Shown one piece after another: positions 4,421 through 9,715 of a stretch of 9,715 nt of DNA (the stretch's first letter is position 1; the number at the start of each line of letters is the position of its first letter). This DNA is from a virus. Taxonomy: Duplodnaviria; Heunggongvirae; Uroviricota; Caudoviricetes. The notes under the pieces were generated by a model. The model saw only the letters and a list, made by a program, of their open reading frames with translations, was not told where the DNA came from and searched no databases. Made by a program: the position numbers and the translations under genes. The stretch lies in IMG/VR virus record IMGVR_UViG_2713897054_000020. One strand, written 5' to 3'.

Positions 4421-5827
4421 CAGAGGGCCTACATCATCACCGTCGATATAAATAACCCCGTCTTTTTCCAGCTTGCGTAGCCAGCGGCTGAAGTTTTTCA
4501 TTTCGTACCCCAGCTTTTTCATATCGTCACGTAACAGCGGGATCGTGCACTTGTCGCCGTGCTGTGTGCGTGACCGGATACATCCCCATAGCGCAGCATG
4601 ATTCTCCGTCTTGTTGCCAGCCTCTTCGATGCGCTCCAGTTCAACGGGAGGACGCGGCTTATCCACCACCACCAGCGACGTGATTAACTCCCCGTCAGCG
4701 TCGGTAAAAAGCTCCACCACCCGCAAATCATAGGCAGCCTCTTTGAGTTCCTCCGCGTCCTTCATTTTGGTGCATGAGATAACCAGCGCTTCGCTTCCTG
4801 CGTCCTCCCTGCGTATCCGGTATTCAGCGTCCAGTGATGCACGAAATGCACTGGAACCACGCGCCCCCTTTGTTTCATCCTTGCCGGAATGGTGAACCAC
4901 CAGCACCGTAGCCCCTGTGCGCCGTTTAAGCTCGTCACAACCACGGATAAATGCCCCCATGTCGCGGGAGTCATTTTCATCATTGCCGCCAAAGCAACGC
5001 GCCAGCGTGTCCAGAATAATCATGCGAACAGGTTTACCCGTTTCCCTCTCCACCTGACTGGCAGCAATAACCAGTTCATCAACATCAAGCGGGACAGCCG
5101 GAAAGATGGGACGGTTTACCAGATACAGATTTTTCACCTGCTCACCGTGCACAACCTCCCAGGCTTTTACACGACGCGGAACGCCGATACCGCCTTCACC
5201 AACCACATAGAGAACAGCGCCATGCGCCACCCTGCGGCCTCCCCACTGGCGGCCCGTGGAAACGTGACACGCCCACGATCCGGCAAGGAATGATTTATAG
5301 GAACCGCTCGCCCCGTATATGCTGCAAAGCGACGATGCCGGAATAATCCCCTTTACCACGTAATCAAGCTGTGTGTCGTATCCGGTAGATCCAACGCTCA
5401 TCGGTAGCGTGGTTTTTCGCTGGGGAATTTTTTTCATGACCAGGCTTTCCCCGCGTTCCCATGCCTCCCTAAGCCGTGGAAGCTGGTCGCTCCATTCCTC
5501 CAGCAATTCGAAATTTTCAGAAAGTAGCCGCGCCTCCTGGACTCCGGCGATCGCCAGTTTCGTGGCGATGGTTAACAGCTGCGGCTCTTCAATATTTCCG
5601 GCGCGTATCACCGTCGCCCTGTATCGCCCATCATCAACAATCTGGAGGTTATCCAGTTCGCTTAACTGATAACGCCCCAGATAAACGGGAGGGACTGGAT
5701 CGCCTGCTTTTTTGGCCTGTGCAATGATGTAATGCTCTGCGAATGAATGAGCATCAATACCCGCAAAAATAATCGCATCGGTGTATTTATCTTTCGGTAA
5801 TAGTTTTACGTTCGGTGCCAGTTTCAT
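4418..5827 (-). CDS. replication initiator/helicase, RepA/DnaB-like RecA-fold ATPase (AAA_25-type)
   Basis: 469 aa. P-loop-like GASGSYKS, Walker B-like VRMIILDTLARCFGG, and a helicase H4-type motif ATVLVVHHSGKD. An N-terminal domain of about 170 aa and a C-terminal domain of about 70 aa are unassigned. SD AGGGGT; the ATG overlaps the upstream stop (ATGA). Confidence 0.85.
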   Translation of the reverse strand: MKLAPNVKLLPKDKYTDAIIFAGIDAHSFAEHYIIAQAKKAGDPVPPVYLGRYQLSELDNLQIVDDGRYRATVIRAGNIEEPQLLTIATKLAIAGVQEARLLSENFELLEEWSDQLPRLREAWERGESLVMKKIPQRKTTLPMSVGSTGYDTQLDYVVKGIIPASSLCSIYGASGSYKSFLAGSWACHVSTGRQWGGRRVAHGAVLYVVGEGGIGVPRRVKAWEVVHGEQVKNLYLVNRPIFPAVPLDVDELVIAASQVERETGKPVRMIILDTLARCFGGNDENDSRDMGAFIRGCDELKRRTGATVLVVHHSGKDETKGARGSSAFRASLDAEYRIRREDAGSEALVISCTKMKDAEELKEAAYDLRVVELFTDADGELITSLVVVDKPRPPVELERIEEAGNKTENHAALWGCIRSRTQHGDKCTIPLLRDDMKKLGYEMKNFSRWLRKLEKDGVIYIDGDDVGPL

Positions 5828-6123
5828 TTTTTACCCCTGAATCCGTTAATCATTGTTTTCAGCTTCTGGATGTTTGCCCGTGCCCTGGCGTTGCTGGTGG
5901 GCACGTTATGCGGCGCGGTCTGTACCAGAGAAAAATCACGCCGGAACTGATAAACAGGCATCACGCAATCATATTCGTAACCTTCACGGCGGTAAGTTAC
6001 GCACCGTCCCGCCACGCCCTTAATCATTACCGTACCGCCGTACTGGTCGCGGTAAATATCACCGCGCGTAAATTTAGGGTGAGTGTTGCCACTGGCAGTT
6101 AAGCCAGAATATTTAAGCTTCAT
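5824..6123 (-). CDS. hypothetical protein (99 aa), basic, coupled to the replication gene
   Basis: SD GGAGAA 8 nt upstream of ATG 6123-6121. Its stop TGA overlaps the rep ATG. Basic C-terminal tail. No motif recognised. Confidence 0.55.
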   Translation of the reverse strand: MKLKYSGLTASGNTHPKFTRGDIYRDQYGGTVMIKGVAGRCVTYRREGYEYDCVMPVYQFRRDFSLVQTAPHNVPTSNARARANIQKLKTMINGFRGKK

Positions 6124-6128
6124 TATTT

Positions 6129-6362
6129 TTATTCTCCGGTGTGGGGCGCTTTATACTGGTCGTGTAATGTCTCTATTTCCTGCAACTCATTTATTACAGG
6201 CTCAAGAAGCGTTATTAATGCCGTGGCAATTCTTGATTTTTGTTTGTCGCGTTCATTGTCGCCAAGTGTTTCAAGCCATATGCGCAATATTTCCATCATA
6301 TTTTCACTGTGAGAAAGTGCAAGAAATACGCGATCTGTTGTTTCGTGGTAAATATCACGCAT
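6129..6362 (-). CDS. hypothetical protein (77 aa), acidic
   Basis: Tightly packed between neighbouring genes (1-nt and 5-nt gaps), SD GGGGA upstream. No motif recognised. Confidence 0.5.
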   Translation of the reverse strand: MRDIYHETTDRVFLALSHSENMMEILRIWLETLGDNERDKQKSRIATALITLLEPVINELQEIETLHDQYKAPHTGE

Positions 6363-6363
6363 A

Positions 6364-6858
6364 TTAATCCCCGTCCGTCGCTTTTCTTAAAATAACCTCT
6401 GTCACGAAATCAGCATAGTTAGCGGCAATATCAAGAATATTTAGCCCTGTATCTCTGTGCTCATCAGTGCAAAGAAAGAAAAAAGCCACCCGCATAATTT
6501 CAGATATTGACGAAAGCGCATCAGCCGCATCATCAGGAACGCCGGAAAATTCCTGTTTCAGGGAATTAAAACGATCATCACGCATAACCCCCCCATTTTC
6601 ACAATCAGCAATCAGGATAGCTTTGGCCTCATTCAGAGCCATATCAGCACTAAGTTGCATAACCGCCAGCGAATGAGGAACGAAAGCCCCTGCATATTCT
6701 GTTTCACTGGTGGCGTGCTTATGCGCCATGTCAGCAATAACAGAAATATCAATCAGCGCGTGCATCAGCGTAGTGAGCGCGGCGGCTGCTGCGTCCGGTG
6801 TGGTTTTATTGTGCATAGGTTTCTCCCTGGCGAATACGGGCGGCAAATACAGCAACAC
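6364..6858 (-). CDS. hypothetical protein (164 aa as drawn; about 150 aa if translation starts at ATG 6816)
   Basis: First gene of the leftward operon. The internal ATG at 6816-6814 has a better SD (AGGGAG, 6-nt spacing) than the first ATG at 6858. Acidic, Ala-rich. No motif recognised. Confidence 0.55.
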   Translation of the reverse strand: MLLYLPPVFAREKPMHNKTTPDAAAAALTTLMHALIDISVIADMAHKHATSETEYAGAFVPHSLAVMQLSADMALNEAKAILIADCENGGVMRDDRFNSLKQEFSGVPDDAADALSSISEIMRVAFFFLCTDEHRDTGLNILDIAANYADFVTEVILRKATDGD

Positions 6859-7095
6859 AACCGGACGGGCAACGGCTACGCGCTTCGCGTTCCGTCCAGG
6901 CGGTTACGTGGATGATTTGAGATTCTCCGGCACTCAGTGCCAGAAAACGCCACACAAAGGCCGTTTGTGTGTGTACAAGGTGTGGTATATGATTTACAGC
7001 AACCATAACGGCTCCTAGTTTACGTTGTTGGTTAGAAGCCCCGTTACTGCTCCTACAGTGCGGGGTTTCGTCGTTTCTACACCTTGCCTTAATAA

Positions 7096-7148
7096 GGTGT
7101 TGAACACCAATTTAAATCGAGGTGTTAAACACGTCAAGTGTTGAACAC
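7096..7148. promoter_or_regulatory. operator array: three copies of a palindromic site GTGTT(G/A)AACAC
   Basis: GTGTTGAACAC at 7097-7107, GTGTTAAACAC at 7122-7132 and GTGTTGAACAC at 7138-7148. The third overlaps a putative plus-strand -35 TTGAAC (7141-7146); a -10 candidate CATACT lies at 7164-7169. The array sits between the divergent leftward operon and the RHH gene. Confidence 0.55.
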
Positions 7149-7198
7149 TTATTTTTTTTCCTGCATACTGCATTTGTTTTTTATGAGGGGTGCTCAAC

Positions 7199-7378
7199 AT
7201 GGCGACAAAAGCAGTAAACGCAAAATCACAAACAGTTGCGGCAAGGGTTCCACATGAAGTTATGAACAATGTTGAGGCGGTAAAAATGCCCGGCGAAAGT
7301 ACAGGGCAGTTTGTTACAGCTGCATTAAAGCGGGAAGTTGAATACCGCCAGCGCCGCAAGACCAAAGAATCAGAATAA
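7199..7378 (+). CDS. small ribbon-helix-helix (Arc/CopG-like) DNA-binding protein, putative repressor
   Basis: ATG at 7199 with SD GAGGGG 8 nt upstream (the track start at 7190 is a GTG inside the SD). The N-terminal pattern QTVAARVPHEVMNNVEA followed by GESTGQFVTAALKREVE fits a beta-strand/helix/helix RHH fold. Lies directly downstream of the operator array. Confidence 0.6.
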   Translation: MATKAVNAKSQTVAARVPHEVMNNVEAVKMPGESTGQFVTAALKREVEYRQRRKTKESE

Positions 7379-7435
7379 TCACCATCAGCGCCGTGGTGTG
7401 AGGAACTCCGGCGCATTGCTTTACAGGAACACACA

Positions 7436-7639
7436 ATGACCAACAAAGAATCAACCAATACACCATCGCAAAAAACGAACAGAGAGCACGAAAATATGGC
7501 GCTCGAGCATGAATCAGAAAGATTCGCACCATGCGCTTTTGTCCTTGATGAGTTTCTAAAAAAATATTCACGTTCTGAACGGATGAAAATGGCAGCACAA
7601 TACGGCCCCAACAAGCAAGATAATTGCCCACCAGCCTGA
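7436..7639 (+). CDS. hypothetical small protein (67 aa), uncertain
   Basis: ORF downstream of the RHH gene on the same strand with a weak AGGAA SD, followed by a plus-strand terminator-like hairpin. Polar, low-complexity N-terminus. Could instead be untranslated. Confidence 0.35.
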   Translation: MTNKESTNTPSQKTNREHENMALEHESERFAPCAFVLDEFLKKYSRSERMKMAAQYGPNKQDNCPPA

Positions 7640-7709
7640 TCGCGGTTATCATGCCCGGGCTTATGATTGTTGACACATACGGCGCAGCGGGTTAATTGTT
7701 CAGAAAGGT

Positions 7710-7735
7710 GGCTCCATTTCGGGGCCGCTTTTTTT
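7710..7735 (+). terminator. putative intrinsic terminator of the RHH operon
   Basis: Stem GGCTCC (7710-7715) pairs with GGGGCC (7721-7726) with one G-U pair, then GC and a T7 run (7729-7735). Confidence 0.4.
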
Positions 7736-7760
7736 ATGTTCATCATTTGCCCTATATATG

Positions 7761-7967
7761 TTAAGCGGTCGTTCCGCGCGCTTTTTGTTCGCGTTCTTTC
7801 ATCCATGCGATTACGTCTTCCTCATACCATCCGCGACGGCGCAAACCGACACGAAAACCCTGCGGGAATTCTCCGGCGTTGATCATGCTTTGCAGCGTGC
7901 TGTCTGCCTTAATGTGGATAAGTTTTTTTACTTCCTGGCGAAAGATGACTTTTTTGATTGCTTCCAT
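7761..7967 (-). CDS. alpA: AlpA-family (excisionase-like HTH) transcriptional regulator
   Basis: 68 aa. SD GAGGT 8 nt upstream of ATG 7967-7965. Sequence block STLQSMINAGEFPQGFRVGLRRRGWYEEDVIAWM follows the AlpA/Xis MerR-like HTH pattern (S.ST, G.FP, G.R, W, DV, W). Confidence 0.8.
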   Translation of the reverse strand: MEAIKKVIFRQEVKKLIHIKADSTLQSMINAGEFPQGFRVGLRRRGWYEEDVIAWMKEREQKARGTTA

Positions 7968-7985
7968 CGTGATTTACCTCATTAA

Positions 7986-8013
7986 TCCGGTGTATTCCGG
8001 TGTATTCCGGTGA
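7986..8013. repeat. tandem direct repeat (TCCGGTGTAT x2 plus a partial third copy) immediately upstream of alpA
   Basis: TCCGGTGTAT at 7986-7995 and 7996-8005, then TCCGGTGA at 8006-8013. Lies between the alpA SD and its presumed promoter. A palindrome ACCGTTT-TT-AAACGGT is at 8055-8070. Confidence 0.5.
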
Positions 8014-8108
8014 GAAATACGGTAAATCATCGGATGCAGGGAAAAACAGTACTCACCGTTTTTAAACGGTATACACAGTTTTTTATATTGATGATTTGAA
8101 AGGGATTT

Positions 8109-8133
8109 ATAAAAAAAGCGGCATTTCTGCCGC
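8109..8133 (-). terminator. rho-independent terminator
   Basis: Stem GCGGCA (8118-8123) pairs with TGCCGC (8128-8133) around loop TTTC, with an A9 run at 8109-8117 giving a U-tail on the minus strand. Lies directly after the stop of the 83-aa ORF (8145). Confidence 0.6.
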
Positions 8134-8144
8134 TTTCAGGATTG

Positions 8145-8396
8145 TTACCGCCATTTTTTTGGCCTGCCTCCGGTCTTCATGGATGCCGGACGTACAACCT
8201 TATCAATACTTACAGCCAGATTTCTGGAAGCCCCACGGGATACCAGGAAATCTACTACCTGTTTTTTTGATGGGGCCGTCGTTCTGTCCTCCGGATCGTA
8301 GGTTGACCAAAATTCATGCTGAACCATCAGGGCCAGTTGCAGCCCGTCGCAATTGCATCTGAAATTTGTTTGCATCTTAACAGTTTCATTTTTCAA
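8145..8396 (-). CDS. hypothetical small protein between int and alpA (possible excision or regulatory factor); start uncertain
   Basis: Minus-strand ORF followed immediately by a strong terminator. The track start is a TTG at 8396; the first ATG is at 8375 and lacks a clear SD. Basic C-terminus (GGRPKKWR). Confidence 0.4.
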   Translation of the reverse strand: MKNETVKMQTNFRCNCDGLQLALMVQHEFWSTYDPEDRTTAPSKKQVVDFLVSRGASRNLAVSIDKVVRPASMKTGGRPKKWR

Positions 8397-8473
8397 GGCC
8401 TCGTCGTTAAATGTGATGCAATTATACGACGGTTTTAAATGGTTTTCGTAGTTTTTACTGGTTTTCTGTACAG

Positions 8474-9715
8474 CTAAACGGCTCGGATACCCCTTTTACC
8501 ACTGGCGAGGGTTACGCCCGTCGCCGCAGCCTCGACAAATTCGCCCCACCAGCGCATAAGCACGATGCGTTTTTCTATGTAGTTGCTCCGGTTGTATGCC
8601 CGTCTGACTTCGTTGGTGTCGACGTGGGCAAGTGCGGCCTCTATTACGTCTGGCTCAAAGCCTTCTTCGTTCGCTGCTGTGCTGAATATGGCGCGTAATC
8701 CATGAGACACCAGCACGCCAGCGAATCCCATGCGTCGTAATGCTGCGTTAGCGGTCTGGCTGTTCATCGGCTGCTGTGGGTCTTTCAGACTCGGGAAAAC
8801 ATAATCGCGGTGGTGGCTGATTGGTTTCATAGCCTCCAGCACTGCCATAGCCTGGTCACAAAGCGGGATAACGTGGTCGCGGCGCATCTTCATGCGTCCG
8901 GCGGGTATGGTCCAGCGTTGCGCTTCCATGTCGATTTCTTCCCAGCGTGCCGACGATGCTTCAACGGGACGGGTTACGGTCAGTAACTGCCATTCAATCA
9001 GTAATCTGGTCTGCCGTTCTGTTGCCGATACTGATAAAGCCTGCATAAGCTCCGGCAGCTGTTCGGGGCGGATTGTTGGCATATGTTTTTTTACAGGGGA
9101 GGGGAACGCCTTACGCACATTCATAGCCGGATTGGCATCAATCATCCCACTATTGGCGGCGTAATCCATTACCTCATTTATACGCTGTAAAACTCGCTTG
9201 AGCGTTTCCAGGTTGCCACGTTCCTTGATGGGGGTAAGCACCTCAACGAACCTGCGAGCGGTCAGGGTGTCTATTGGCGTGTTGCCGATGAACGGGAATA
9301 CATATTTTTCCAGCGATCGCCAGATGTCTTTAATCGTATTGGGGGCCAGATTCTGGCTGATTTTCACCTGGTACCATGCTGTTGCCACATTTTCGAACGT
9401 GTTCCCTTGTCTTCGGGCCTCTGTCTCTCTTTTTTGCCTCTCGTGGTCCTGCGGGTCAGTTCCGGCACGAATTAACGCCCTGTACTCGCTACGGCGTTTT
9501 CTGGCATCAGCCAGGGAAACATCATCAAGCGATCCAAAACTCAGCAATATTCTTTTTTTGTCCGATGGTCGGTAGTAGGAAAATCTCCAGAGTTTTGATC
9601 CGGACGGTTTGATCAGGAGAAAAAGCCCTCCGCCGTCCTGTAGGGTGTATTCCTTTTCTGCTGGTCTGGCTGCTTTGATCTGTACTGTGGTTAATGGGGG
9701 TGTTTTTCTCGCCAT
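8474..9715 (-). CDS. int: tyrosine site-specific integrase, P4/CP4-57 family
   Basis: 413 aa. The N-terminal arm-binding region LTTVQIKAARPAEKEYTLQDGGGLFLLIKPSGSKLWRFSYY matches the P4-type integrase pattern (DGGGLYL..KP.GSK.WRF.Y). The C-terminal catalytic region carries HGLRA, HVIPLC and a late RRAYNRSNY segment that probably holds the catalytic Tyr. The ATG is the last three bases of the window, so the promoter and attachment site lie outside it. Confidence 0.9.
   Translation of the reverse strand: MARKTPPLTTVQIKAARPAEKEYTLQDGGGLFLLIKPSGSKLWRFSYYRPSDKKRILLSFGSLDDVSLADARKRRSEYRALIRAGTDPQDHERQKRETEARRQGNTFENVATAWYQVKISQNLAPNTIKDIWRSLEKYVFPFIGNTPIDTLTARRFVEVLTPIKERGNLETLKRVLQRINEVMDYAANSGMIDANPAMNVRKAFPSPVKKHMPTIRPEQLPELMQALSVSATERQTRLLIEWQLLTVTRPVEASSARWEEIDMEAQRWTIPAGRMKMRRDHVIPLCDQAMAVLEAMKPISHHRDYVFPSLKDPQQPMNSQTANAALRRMGFAGVLVSHGLRAIFSTAANEEGFEPDVIEAALAHVDTNEVRRAYNRSNYIEKRIVLMRWWGEFVEAAATGVTLASGKRGIRAV

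Noticed and set aside
3992-4480. 162-aa plus-strand ORF across the origin region
   Set aside because: It crosses the iteron array and the rep stop. The translation is hydrophobic and repetitive because of the repeats, and it is antisense to supported genes.
7015-7806. 263-aa minus-strand ORF spanning the RHH region
   Set aside because: Cys/Ser-rich low-complexity translation with no SD. It overlaps two plus-strand ORFs that have SDs, an operator array and a downstream terminator, and it runs into the 3' end of alpA. Judged a spurious antisense ORF.
8096-8362. 88-aa plus-strand ORF between alpA and int
   Set aside because: It starts inside the minus-strand terminator hairpin, has a hydrophobic low-complexity translation, and the opposite-strand ORF is the one followed by a proper terminator.
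1-9715. Interpretation as a P4-like satellite
   Set aside because: The integrase is P4-family, but nothing in the window resembles the P4 primase-helicase alpha, or Sid, Psu or Delta. The element instead carries a lambda-type cos, a Nu1-like gene and gpE/gpD homologues, which fits a cos-type PICI-like satellite better.
1-9715. Interpretation as a fragment of a lambdoid prophage
   Set aside because: No portal, protease, scaffold or large terminase lies between the capsid genes and the terminase homologue. The E/D order is inverted relative to lambda, the Nu1-like gene has a diverged DNA-binding half, and the replication and integration genes are satellite-like.
1-9715. tRNA or other structured RNA genes marking an attachment site
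   Set aside because: No cloverleaf-compatible sequence was seen in either orientation. The att site is expected beyond the integrase, outside the window.

Overview
This window reads as the core of a compact phage satellite of the enterobacterial cos-type PICI kind, not a complete prophage. Nearly all genes are on the minus strand. From the right edge leftwards: a P4-family tyrosine integrase (8474-9715), a small ORF with its own terminator, an AlpA-like regulator, a divergent control region with three palindromic operators and a small RHH protein on the plus strand, then a translationally coupled operon of three unknown small genes plus a RepA/DnaB-like replication helicase, an iteron-rich putative origin, a small unknown gene and an SSB. 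Next comes a morphogenesis operon encoding clear homologues of phage lambda major capsid protein gpE and decoration protein gpD, then a lambda Nu1-like small-terminase homologue (Rpp-like) bracketed by two inverted copies of a lambda-type cosN. No rRNA, tRNA, CRISPR array or IS element was seen. The most interesting points are: (1) capsid and decoration homologues carried by an element with no portal, protease, scaffold or large terminase; (2) two inverted cos sites with different cosB-like flanks around the terminase-redirecting gene; (3) two paralogous motif-plus-hairpin modules that may be small RNAs or leader elements; (4) an unknown three-gene cluster coupled to the replication gene. All homology calls come from reading the translations against remembered reference proteins; no database search was run, and I cannot tell from sequence alone whether this exact element is already characterised.
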